Assembly (NCBI GenBank): GCA_040217195.1
Contig: JAVJNR010000002.1
Coordinates: forward strand, 1-64,000
Direction: 5' to 3'
Origin: Leptospiraceae bacterium
GTDB taxonomy: Bacteria > Spirochaetota > Leptospiria > Leptospirales > Leptonemataceae
DNA: 64,000 nt
Positions 41,846 through 51,231 of this stretch are shown in pieces. The translations under genes and the position numbers were made by a program. The notes beneath the pieces are model-generated. The model ran no database searches and had not been told where the DNA came from. It was given only the letters and a program-made list of their open reading frames with translations. Position 1 is the stretch's first letter; each line of letters starts with the position of its first letter.

Positions 41846-43128
41846 TGCGAATCCTCCATTTCCTCTCTTCCATCATCGTTACTCTGGTTGCCCCGAGGAT
41901 CCGCATTCGAATTACCATGCCCATTGCCGGAACCTGTGTTTTTTTCATTTTGTTTGCCAAACTGACGCAGAGACGTTTTTAATTGCGCTTCGGAGTCGAT
42001 TAGAAACGTTCCATGGTCTACGACCATTTCTCCTTCTTCCAGGCCTTCCAGAATAACTACCCCTTCATCCAGCTCTGGTCCGATTTCCACTTTTCTGACC
42101 TGGAGACGTCCTTCGCCTCTTTGAACAAAGACGTATCGCATTTCCCCATTATCCACAATAGCTGATCTCGGTACGATCAGTGAATCTCCCAGAGGAATTG
42201 AAATATCCACATGAACGAAAGAATCGGGACGTATTTCACCGCCAGCATTCTTGACCAGAATTCGGGCATCGATGGTGCGAGTAGTGGAACCTACCACCGG
42301 CGAAAGGGAAATCACTTCTCCGCGAAATCCTTCGCTTCGGGTACCGGGAATATGAACTCGTGCAATGTAACCTGGCTTTACGGACCCTACGTCGGACTCA
42401 TATAGAGTGGCATAAACCCAGACGGGCCCTCCATCTATGGGATTGTACAGACTTTCGTACGCAGCCCTGTAACGAGTAATATTAGCTATTTCGCGACCTC
42501 CCATACCCAGCAATTTGAGTCTGGAAACGGCCGCCTCTCGCAGAGAAGGATCCCGGTACACCATCAGGTATTCTTTTACGGCCACACCCAGTTCGGGGTC
42601 AAAAGCGCCACGACCGGTGGTCTCCAGATGGAAGCTTGCATCGATTCTTCGAACCGGACTGTAGGAAACCCCTATGAGCTGTTGCCGGTCGGCACTTACC
42701 GACACTGTGGGACCTGCGCTCATTGAGTCTTCTTCGTCAGAGTTTTCCCCTCCTGACTCAGGGCCGGATTCATGTTCTGAATGATCATGCCCTTCCAGCA
42801 TTACCGGCACAAGATCCATATTGCAAATAGGACACTGTCCGGGACGACTTTCTTTGATCTGAGGATGCATGGGACATGTATAATGTGAAATGCCCTGCTC
42901 TGCTAATTTCTCTTGATCTGTCTTTCCACAACCTGAAAACAGGATTGGCCCGCCCAGAAGAAGCAAACCTGAGAATATGGTCAGAAATCGAATGCGCATC
43001 GCTCTTTTTGAGAAGCCCTGATAAATTTGGCGCAACATAGGGAAGGCTGGATCGCATAGCTTTTGGGCCTGATATTTTTCAATGGCAGCCCCATGGCCAG
43101 CCGACGGGAATAGTTGCTTACTGCTCAT
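41842..43128 (-). CDS. cusB: CusB-like RND periplasmic adaptor with heavy-metal-binding domain
   Basis: YTCPMHPQI...CPICNMDL and FLIDSEAQLK; start may be further downstream (MRIRF). Confidence 0.9.
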   Translation of the reverse strand: MSSKQLFPSAGHGAAIEKYQAQKLCDPAFPMLRQIYQGFSKRAMRIRFLTIFSGLLLLGGPILFSGCGKTDQEKLAEQGISHYTCPMHPQIKESRPGQCPICNMDLVPVMLEGHDHSEHESGPESGGENSDEEDSMSAGPTVSVSADRQQLIGVSYSPVRRIDASFHLETTGRGAFDPELGVAVKEYLMVYRDPSLREAAVSRLKLLGMGGREIANITRYRAAYESLYNPIDGGPVWVYATLYESDVGSVKPGYIARVHIPGTRSEGFRGEVISLSPVVGSTTRTIDARILVKNAGGEIRPDSFVHVDISIPLGDSLIVPRSAIVDNGEMRYVFVQRGEGRLQVRKVEIGPELDEGVVILEGLEEGEMVVDHGTFLIDSEAQLKTSLRQFGKQNEKNTGSGNGHGNSNADPRGNQSNDDGREEMEDSQ

Positions 43129-44587
43129 CGATTCTCTCCTGTGAAGAAGCCAGCAAAGTGTTGGTCAGTTCGCTGCGGGCAATAATCCACATGGCCATTT
43201 GCTCTTCCAGAGCCAGCTTCTGTAGATTAACATTGTAATAGGCATTCCAGGACTGGATAACGCTGGTAAAGTCTGCCGATCCACCCTGATAGGACAGAAC
43301 AGATGAACGACGAGCCGTCCAGGCGTTAGGTACCAGGCGTGCAGAAAAAATCTGCTGTCTTGACCGACCTTTTCGAATGCGCTCATCCAGACTTTCGATC
43401 CGGGACAGTAACTGTTTTTTTACGTCCAGCTGCTCCAGCTGAGCCGCCTTTCGATCCTGGTTGGCCGCTTCCAGATTGTTGTGATTGGAAAGCCCGGACC
43501 AGATAGGAACTCGAATCTGAATTCCCAGCTTATAGGTTGTTTGCTTGCCGGTACCGGAAGGATATATGAGATTTCGATCCTCCTTGCCATAAGCTGCGAA
43601 GACTCCCAGGTCTGGCGCATAATCCAGCCTGGCCAGAGTATTCATGGACTCGGCCTGCTTTTGCATGGATCTTACTCTAGCCAGAGCAGGAAGATTTTCG
43701 ATTTGAAACCTACGGCCCTGCAACTCTCTGAGGTATTGTTGAAAGGGCTCCTTTTTTAGTAGAAGTGGATGCAAAGATGATTGGTCATCATTTTCTTTTG
43801 TGGGGTCTGAATTGGAGCCTTCCATGCGAAAATACTGCAGCTCATCCTTGATGGATTCCAATTCACCAAGTAGCATTTCCGCTCGTTCCCGAAATGTATC
43901 TGCCTGTACCCGTGCAAGGGACACATCCGAAAGACTACCCCGACCTGCTCCGTAACGGGCACGAGCAATCCCTTCCAGAGCTCCCGCAGCACCGGCCAGT
44001 TCTCTGGTAAGTCGCAAGCTTTCTTCTACTCGATGGTAGCGAGCGAGAAGCCCCAAAAGCTCACCCAGAGTTCTGTTTCGATTCATTAGAAATTCGAATC
44101 CCTTTTGATTGGCCCGATATTCCTCTACGTTGGATTTTGCCGTTAGTTTTCCGGGAAAAGGTATGGGCTGAGTGATTTGAACTTCATAGCTGCTAGCATC
44201 TTTCCGATTATAGCCGGTGGGGTAAGCAGCACGCTCTTCCTGGCTTCCGGAACCGCGGCTGATTCGCACTTCTGGATCCGGATAAACGAAATCAGAATAG
44301 GTTGCCCTGGACTCTTGCGCCGAATGACGGAGCTTTTCTTTTACAATGCCAGGATGACCCTGGACCTGCCTCCAGAGAGTTTTTTCGAACTCCGAAATGC
44401 TCTGTCCTGACTGCTCTTCCGAGCTACCGGATGAGTTCGAATTCTCGGCCAGGACTCCGGGCCCGGCCATGAATGTGATAAGGACAAGACAAAGACCTGA
44501 CCATCCGTGATTGAATCTTTTTACCGATGCAAATCTGCTTCGGTGGGGAATCCGAAATTTTTCGGATTCAGATTTATTTAAATACAT
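43118..44587 (-). CDS. TolC family outer membrane efflux protein (CusC-like)
   Basis: YPDP, QPIPFPGKL, ARYGAG, SYQGG; position in the RND operon. Confidence 0.88.
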   Translation of the reverse strand: MYLNKSESEKFRIPHRSRFASVKRFNHGWSGLCLVLITFMAGPGVLAENSNSSGSSEEQSGQSISEFEKTLWRQVQGHPGIVKEKLRHSAQESRATYSDFVYPDPEVRISRGSGSQEERAAYPTGYNRKDASSYEVQITQPIPFPGKLTAKSNVEEYRANQKGFEFLMNRNRTLGELLGLLARYHRVEESLRLTRELAGAAGALEGIARARYGAGRGSLSDVSLARVQADTFRERAEMLLGELESIKDELQYFRMEGSNSDPTKENDDQSSLHPLLLKKEPFQQYLRELQGRRFQIENLPALARVRSMQKQAESMNTLARLDYAPDLGVFAAYGKEDRNLIYPSGTGKQTTYKLGIQIRVPIWSGLSNHNNLEAANQDRKAAQLEQLDVKKQLLSRIESLDERIRKGRSRQQIFSARLVPNAWTARRSSVLSYQGGSADFTSVIQSWNAYYNVNLQKLALEEQMAMWIIARSELTNTLLASSQERIDEQ

Positions 44588-44626
44588 AGTAAGACTCCTG
44601 CTAAGAATGAATTTCTTGCAGGGATC

Positions 44627-45088
44627 TTAATTCAGGAACTGTTGATTCTGGATGTGTAATGGAATGCCCGGACTCGAGTCCGAGAGGATTGGTTCTTCAA
44701 GAAGGCCAGAGAGCCCTGATGTGAGATGAATCTCCGGTACGGCCAATCTCTGGAATATCAGTACAGGGCTGGCCAGTGCCGGCGTAAAAGGAGCCTCGGA
44801 AACGGTTTCGTCGTTGCAGCAACTGGCCCTGGAATCCGAATCCTTTGATTTGGATGGGTCAAACAGGGGTGCATCCAACAAATTGGGCGAGCCAATCAGT
44901 GCATCGGCTTTAGTATCGGATGAATTGTCCTGCGTGTCATGACAGGGAGCGCTCGTATGTGTGCTGGAATCCTCGGTCCAGGATTGAGCCACGGTGTTTG
45001 CGCACAATCCAGCCGGGCAGAACACCAACCGGAAAACTACAGCAGCCGCAATCAACGGCCCCGTGCTATTGTATACCAATTTACGCAC
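44627..45088 (-). CDS. Hypothetical Cys/His-containing protein heading the metal-efflux operon
   Basis: N-terminal hydrophobic segment, PCH and SCC motifs, Pro-rich C-terminus. Confidence 0.55.
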   Translation of the reverse strand: MRKLVYNSTGPLIAAAVVFRLVFCPAGLCANTVAQSWTEDSSTHTSAPCHDTQDNSSDTKADALIGSPNLLDAPLFDPSKSKDSDSRASCCNDETVSEAPFTPALASPVLIFQRLAVPEIHLTSGLSGLLEEPILSDSSPGIPLHIQNQQFLN

Positions 45089-45169
45089 TTATCTATAGAT
45101 ATAGCCAGAGGAAGGCAGGTCGGCAATCCTTTTTCTGATAGCTGCCTCCCGTGAGCTGAGTCTGTGAGG

Positions 45170-46201
45170 TTACTGGCAGGTTCCCGTCATGGTGAGATTG
45201 GTTCCTGCGCTGGCCACTGCAACGATCCTGTCATTGTGGAATCCCATCCCATTCCAGCTATTGGCCTCGGGAGCACCCTGGCCAATCCAGGTATTGGCGT
45301 CTGACGAAGTCATTATCGGATTCGTACCAGTTCGTGCCACTGCAACGAATTTTCCATTTGCAAATACGATGTCCTGCCACTCGTTTTGCTCCGGACTGGT
45401 TCTTGCAAACCAATCCTTTCCGTTTCTTGAGACCATTATTCTGGATACTCCGTCTCTGGCCACCGCGACGAATATCCCATCCCCGAATGCTATTGCTTTC
45501 CAATAATTGACTTCGGGAGCGGAATACTGTTCCCAATTTACACCGTCGAATGACCTAATCACTACGCCCGCGGTACTGTCGACGGCCACAAACATTCCGT
45601 TCCCAAATGTAATGGAACGATATTCAAAAGCGGGAGGGGCAGACGCAGACCAGCTAATTCCATCACTGGAGCTCATGGCCCGATTCGTTCCATCTCTGGA
45701 TACAGCAACAAAACGACCATTTCCGAAGGCTATGGATTGCCATTGATTCGCAGCAGTAGGTGACCTGGCAGTCCAGGTGAGTGCATCAATGGAAGTGTAG
45801 AGCTGGTTGGCTCCACCATTTCCCAGAATAACAATTCTTCCATTTCCTTCAGCCAGATCGATAAATGCTCCGCCAACTCCGAGGCCGCCATCTACCCACG
45901 TTTTCCCATCGATTGCCGTCATACTACGATCAGGAGTACCGGTTGAGGAAACGGCGACAAACCGATCGATACCAAACTGAACCGCATTCCAGCCCTGGGT
46001 AGCCGTGGCCGGGTTTACCTCAAAGGAAAAGTTAAGATATTTGCAGCGACCCGGAACCTTTGTAAGAAGGAATGCCTGAGGTAATGCGGAACATCCCGGA
46101 TCTTCAGGCTGGCAGGAACCGGAAGGCTCACAGCCTGACAAGAAGACCAGAGAGGCAGCAACTGTTGCAAGAATACTCTTTTTCCAGACACCGTATTTCA
46201 T
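45170..46201 (-). CDS. Lipoprotein with seven repeats of about 40 aa (probable beta-propeller, Asp-box-like)
   Basis: Lipobox FLSGC; repeated WxxIAFGNGxFVAV...SxDGxxW. Confidence 0.8.
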   Translation of the reverse strand: MKYGVWKKSILATVAASLVFLSGCEPSGSCQPEDPGCSALPQAFLLTKVPGRCKYLNFSFEVNPATATQGWNAVQFGIDRFVAVSSTGTPDRSMTAIDGKTWVDGGLGVGGAFIDLAEGNGRIVILGNGGANQLYTSIDALTWTARSPTAANQWQSIAFGNGRFVAVSRDGTNRAMSSSDGISWSASAPPAFEYRSITFGNGMFVAVDSTAGVVIRSFDGVNWEQYSAPEVNYWKAIAFGDGIFVAVARDGVSRIMVSRNGKDWFARTSPEQNEWQDIVFANGKFVAVARTGTNPIMTSSDANTWIGQGAPEANSWNGMGFHNDRIVAVASAGTNLTMTGTCQ

Positions 46202-46489
46202 CGTTTTCAAAGGGAACCCTGGTCTCGGTCGGATTCCAAAATCGGAACAGGGACAACCTGAAGCTTCCCTTATTGAAATACAGTCCCTCCGTAATCCGAC
46301 TCGCTCAGGCTAACGTCCTGGTTTCTTTAATGCAACCATTTTGTTGCCCGGATAGAAGGATAAAGCGGCCAAAACCCGGGTGTTCTTGGGGCTCAGGAAG
46401 GATTTAGAGTTCTGATCCAGGCGGAGCTTCGGGGGCATCCATGGCACGAGACCGTTTCCCCCGATGGTTCCGATTTCTGGAGTCATTAA

Positions 46490-47158
46490 CTACGCAGAAA
46501 GCAAAGGAGCACGTCGCAAACTGGGTTCATCGGTAAATATACCATGAAAATTGGTTAGCTCCTTCAGTGTATTCAAATGGGCTCGCTTATTCACTGTATA
46601 GAAATACAATTCGAAATCCCGGAAGGATTCCATGGATTCGCTCAACTCTGTATAAGTTTCACCATTATAGGGCAAGTGCAATCGGCGGGATTGAAATGAA
46701 AATAGAGAAGCCTCCGGCTGGTTCATTTCCAAAAACAGGTAACCGGCCTTTAATCCAAGAAAAAGTGCATCATCCACTATACTCCAGTTGAACGAGGATA
46801 TTACCGGATCCGTAAACTCCTTCAGGGCCGGCAGAACTCGATGAAGTGTCTCTGCATCATCTTTTATTTCAAAGTTTACGGTAATCTGGGCTGACTTATA
46901 TTTTTCGCAAAAACGGTCAAAGGTCATCAGGTTCGGAAGAATTCTCTGAAACTCCGGCAACGTAAGATCCACCACTCTCTCATCTATGTGAAACATTCTA
47001 AACAGAGTGTCATCATGGAATAGAACAATGTGCCCATCTTTCAGACGGACCAGATCCAATTCCAGGGCCTGAAAACCCAGGCGAAGGGCCTCATCGAAGG
47101 CAGCCTCCGTATTCTCGGTATGATGGCGGTGCATTCCGCGGTGGGCAAATAGCTTCAT
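46490..47158 (-). CDS. Glycerophosphodiester phosphodiesterase
   Basis: AHRG, ENT, ELDL, FHD, EIK, SSF, YTVN, GIFTD. Confidence 0.92.
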   Translation of the reverse strand: MKLFAHRGMHRHHTENTEAAFDEALRLGFQALELDLVRLKDGHIVLFHDDTLFRMFHIDERVVDLTLPEFQRILPNLMTFDRFCEKYKSAQITVNFEIKDDAETLHRVLPALKEFTDPVISSFNWSIVDDALFLGLKAGYLFLEMNQPEASLFSFQSRRLHLPYNGETYTELSESMESFRDFELYFYTVNKRAHLNTLKELTNFHGIFTDEPSLRRAPLLSA

Positions 47159-47524
47159 GGTGAACTGCCTATTTGGTCGTCCTTGCATGTGACGATTGTG
47201 TGGCAATTCCGATAACAATACATGTCCTTCCCCGAGGCTTTTTTTGTAGGATTTCCGGAAGCCGAAATACAATGGTGGATCGGACCTCTCAATGCTTCAT
47301 TCGGCCAGGAAGAGTCTTTAAGCAATCGAGCCATTCCGAAAAGTCTGCAAAGAACCTCCCAGGCCCCGAATAATCGTTACAATTCTTAAACTTTTCGAGT
47401 AACGTTTTTGTCATTGATTCGAAACATAGTGAGTTGCATATACGGAGTCAGAAACAAAGCTGATTTGCAAGTCAGTGAATCAGTATTGCGGCGCCCAGGC
47501 GTCAGATTAATAAGGAAGAGGTGC

Positions 47525-48295
47525 ATGATGCCGAATCCAGGAATTATTTCGACGGACCGAAAACTGGAGGTCCGTCTGGCAGAGAATCAACTGGAGATTG
47601 AGAAGGCTCTGGCCCTGCGCTATGAAGTATTCAATCTTGAAATGAATGAAGGTCTGGCCGAGTCTGTAGCTACGGGCAAGGATCGGGACGAATATGATTT
47701 GTATTGCGATCATCTGATTGTTCTGGATAGAACCAGAGATGAGAAAATCGTTGGTACCTATCGATTGCTGCGCTCTTCTATTGCGCGAAAAAATATCGGA
47801 TTCTACTCAGAAAACGAATTCAACCTGGCTGCTCTGAACAACCTTCCGGGAGAAGTAGCTGAAATCGGTAGAAGTTGTGTCCATAAAGAGTATCGTGATG
47901 GTTCGGTTATTTCCATGCTCTGGATTGGGCTGGGAAACTACATGAACCAGTTCAATGTCAGATACCTTTCTGGCTGCGCCTCCTTGCACACCACCGATCC
48001 AGTGGAAGCTTCCGAAATGTATGCCTGCATGAAATCTAAAGAAATGCTGGCAGATCCCAGATACCAGGTGGAGCCTCTAAAAACTCATACTCTGGAAGGG
48101 TTTAATCCTCACTTTGAGATTACGGATATTAAGGCCACCTACAAGAGAATGCCTGCATTACTCAAAGGGTATGTTAGAGCCGGAGCTCGATTCTGTAGCG
48201 AACCTGCTCTGGATAGAGAATTTGGAACCATAGACTTCTACATTATCTTTGATAAAACGGAAGTAGATAAGCGGTACGGCAGACACTATCTGTAG
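47525..48295 (+). CDS. GNAT family N-acyltransferase, OlsB-like (ornithine lipid synthesis)
   Basis: [52 protein letters not shown]. Confidence 0.85.
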   Translation: MMPNPGIISTDRKLEVRLAENQLEIEKALALRYEVFNLEMNEGLAESVATGKDRDEYDLYCDHLIVLDRTRDEKIVGTYRLLRSSIARKNIGFYSENEFNLAALNNLPGEVAEIGRSCVHKEYRDGSVISMLWIGLGNYMNQFNVRYLSGCASLHTTDPVEASEMYACMKSKEMLADPRYQVEPLKTHTLEGFNPHFEITDIKATYKRMPALLKGYVRAGARFCSEPALDREFGTIDFYIIFDKTEVDKRYGRHYL

Positions 48296-48319
48296 TCCGT
48301 AGAAGACTCCAATTCTGGG

Positions 48320-48347
48320 AAGGCGCCGCATTTGTGGCGCCTTTTTT
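48320..48347 (+). terminator. Rho-independent terminator
   Basis: AAGGCGCCGCA-TT-TGTGGCGCCTT stem followed by a T-run. Confidence 0.85.
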
Positions 48348-48550
48348 GTTTCTCTCTGAAGTGATAAACGTAGGTTTTGATTCGTCCAAAGAAGTGGACG
48401 GACGCCGATTTTTCATTATTTAGACAGTGCCCCATTAAACCTGGTCAATCGCCGATCCTGCAAGAAGTGGACTTGACGTTAACTCAGAGGATGGGAATTC
48501 TTCGGGGATGCATTTCTCGCCTCTCCGGTGGCACAATTTGAGACCTGGAA

Positions 48551-51229
48551 TTGACCCATCGGAAATCCTGGCAAATTCCAATGATCCGGTTTACAGCTAA
48601 ATATATCGCGGGTGCCCGCACCTGTCTACTGTCGCTGATTTCTCTATTTATTTTCCCTCTTTCTATTCAGGCAGAGAAAAACCCAATTCCGTTTCCGGTT
48701 GCCATTGAAAACCATCGATCAGCATCCGGTGAGCAGTACCCTGCTGCTTTTCATTATTATCTGGATAAAAAATCCCTTTCTCTAAGTGATATACAGGATC
48801 TACCGATTGAAAGCTGGAACAGCGTTAGCAGCAAAGACATTAATAAGGGATACACAAGCTCAATTCTCTGGATCAGGATCCAGGCAATCAATGAATCCGA
48901 TGAGATCCTGGCCGTATTTCTGGAAGAAGATTTCACTCTAATTCGAAACATTCAAGCCACAGTCATCGCCGCGAATGGCTCCCGTAATCAGTCCTTTCTG
49001 GATCGCACTAAAGAGTTTAATGAGAGGGCAGTGCACTTTGCCAATCCTGTGCTTCCCATTGAGCTTCCTCCCGGTAAGTCCACCATCTATGTAAGGCTTC
49101 AGTCTGACATGGATATGATCGCTGCACTTCAATTCTGGAGCCCGGAAGGACTTAAAGAAGATGCGAAAAGCAGGCTTCTATTATTCGGAATTTTGTATGG
49201 ATCTGTGTTACTGATGGCACTATACAACGGTTTGATCTGGCTTTCCCTTAAGGACCGGACGTATCTGCTGTATGCACTCTACAGCCTTGCTTTTCTATTC
49301 TACTTTCTATCCTACTACGGGCATGGGGCTCAATTTGTCTGGGGACACTGGCCCTGGTTTGAGCAACGGGCGGTGCCCATTGTAATGGCAATTCAAATAG
49401 GGGTTTTTGGAGCCGAGTTCTTTCGCCTATTTCTCTCTATCGATGAAAGACATCCGTGGCAGTATCGATCCCTGCGCTTCATTCAAATCTTCAGTATTGG
49501 CTTACTGATAGCAAGCTTCACTATTCCACCGGCCCGAGTTATTGTTGTATATCCAATTTATGCCATCTGTGCTATTTTGCTCATCGCAGCCATATCTATT
49601 ATCCGCTATCGCCAGGGTTTCCAGCCGGCCATCTTTTCTATCTTTGCATTCCTGATATTGTGGGTATCCGGAATCGGGTCCTCCTTACGAAGCCTGGGCA
49701 TTGTTCCTTACAACGACATCACAATGTACGGTGTGGCTTTCGGAAATGTTGCCGAGCTATTACTACTCTCCTTTGGCCTGGGTTACAGACTCCGAAAACT
49801 GGAAGATGAAACTGCAAACACCGGAAGGAAAAATCAGTCTCTCACTGGTTTGCTGCAGGGACTTCCTTATGCCATCTTGCTTCGCCAGGATAAATCGCTG
49901 ATCTTTGCCAACCGAGCAGCCCACGATCTGTACAGAGACCGGAATCTTCCAGACTGGCAGGATTCCGGTATTCATGCCTTTCGACATATGCAAAAGGATC
50001 GCTGGATTGCCGTGCATGTAGCACAAATCGAGATAGAAGGCAAACCGGCCAGACTACAATTCCATTCAGAGATTACAGAGGAAATGGAAAGCAAATTAGC
50101 CCTGGAAGAAAAGCACACTTCTACAATGGAGGCCAGGGATCAGTCCGAGGAAAACCGCCAATCCCAGGATGAATTTCTGCAATCCATGACTACAGAAATT
50201 CGTAAACCTATGTCTGCCGTGTATCAGGCTGCGGACGTCTTAAATCAACTGAATCTGAATCCGGACCAGAAGGAGCTGGCAGGCATCCTGTTAAGAAGTG
50301 CAAGTACGCTCATTTCCCTGTTAAACGACCTGGCCGATCTATCCAGGCTGGAGAGCGGTCGAATCGCTATCAATCCCATGCCCTGTAATCCTCGGCAGGC
50401 AGTGAATGACACCGCGGAGCTCTTTCGGACGGCAGCCCAGAGCAAAGGACTGAGTCTGGAAGTGATCGCAGAGGGGCTTCCCGGTGAATTGATGCTGGAT
50501 GCCGCCCGGGTACAACAGGTATTGAGCAACCTGGTTAGCAACGGAGTCAAGTTCACCGATCAAGGAGCCATTCAGATTCGTGCCAAATATTTGAACCAGG
50601 GCGGTTCCGGCCAGGGCGTGGATGGATCCGGGCCATCCGGGCAACTTCAGATTTCAGTGGCCGACCAGGGACCGGGCATTCCGGAAGAGAAAATGCATCG
50701 ATTGTTTCGCCGGTTTGAACAACTGGATCCAGGAACCTATCGCCGCTTTGGAGGTACGGGCCTGGGACTTGCCATTAGCAGAGGGATGGTGGAATCCATG
50801 GGCGGCCAGATTGGCTGCGAAAATCTACCGGAAAGAGGAAGCCTGTTCTGGTTCAAAGTGCCCGCTTCCATTGTCTCTCGTTCCGGTGGAGCCAGCAAGA
50901 AAGAGACTCAGACGTCCCTGAAAGGAATAGTATGTGGTTTAACCATCGCTACGGATGATTCAACCGAAATGCTCGAAAGCCAACTAAAACTGCTGGGAAT
51001 ACAGGTTGTAAGACTGGATGGAACCGATACCAGTCACAGTCGGCAGGAAATGGATTTTATGATCGTTGAAGAATCCAGTAGCAATATCGCAATACCTGCA
51101 ATACTCTGGAATGCAACGGCAGAGCACTCAGGAAATTTTTCAGGACCAATTGTCACTCCTCCCTGTTCCACGAAGGACCTGGAAGACTCGATTCGAGAAT
51201 TGCTTCAGGCCCGAGGAAGGTTATCGTAA
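48551..51229 (+). CDS. 7TM-DISM sensor kinase-like protein lacking the phospho-acceptor His (DISMED2-7TM-PAS-HisKA*-HATPase-pseudoREC)
   Basis: H-box reads MTTEIRKPM; intact N (NLVSNGVKFT), G1 (DQGPGI), F and G2 (GGTGLGL) boxes; start may be the ATG at 48581. Confidence 0.9.
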   Translation: MTHRKSWQIPMIRFTAKYIAGARTCLLSLISLFIFPLSIQAEKNPIPFPVAIENHRSASGEQYPAAFHYYLDKKSLSLSDIQDLPIESWNSVSSKDINKGYTSSILWIRIQAINESDEILAVFLEEDFTLIRNIQATVIAANGSRNQSFLDRTKEFNERAVHFANPVLPIELPPGKSTIYVRLQSDMDMIAALQFWSPEGLKEDAKSRLLLFGILYGSVLLMALYNGLIWLSLKDRTYLLYALYSLAFLFYFLSYYGHGAQFVWGHWPWFEQRAVPIVMAIQIGVFGAEFFRLFLSIDERHPWQYRSLRFIQIFSIGLLIASFTIPPARVIVVYPIYAICAILLIAAISIIRYRQGFQPAIFSIFAFLILWVSGIGSSLRSLGIVPYNDITMYGVAFGNVAELLLLSFGLGYRLRKLEDETANTGRKNQSLTGLLQGLPYAILLRQDKSLIFANRAAHDLYRDRNLPDWQDSGIHAFRHMQKDRWIAVHVAQIEIEGKPARLQFHSEITEEMESKLALEEKHTSTMEARDQSEENRQSQDEFLQSMTTEIRKPMSAVYQAADVLNQLNLNPDQKELAGILLRSASTLISLLNDLADLSRLESGRIAINPMPCNPRQAVNDTAELFRTAAQSKGLSLEVIAEGLPGELMLDAARVQQVLSNLVSNGVKFTDQGAIQIRAKYLNQGGSGQGVDGSGPSGQLQISVADQGPGIPEEKMHRLFRRFEQLDPGTYRRFGGTGLGLAISRGMVESMGGQIGCENLPERGSLFWFKVPASIVSRSGGASKKETQTSLKGIVCGLTIATDDSTEMLESQLKLLGIQVVRLDGTDTSHSRQEMDFMIVEESSSNIAIPAILWNATAEHSGNFSGPIVTPPCSTKDLEDSIRELLQARGRLS

Positions 51230-51231
51230 CC

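Noticed and set aside
35709..45088. Copper cluster as a mobile element
   Set aside because: No transposase, integrase, tRNA target or terminal repeats were seen at its borders.
50192..50194. His-to-Thr change in kinase A as a sequencing error
   Set aside because: ACA differs from CAT/CAC at all three positions, and neighbouring H-box residues are also altered with the frame intact.
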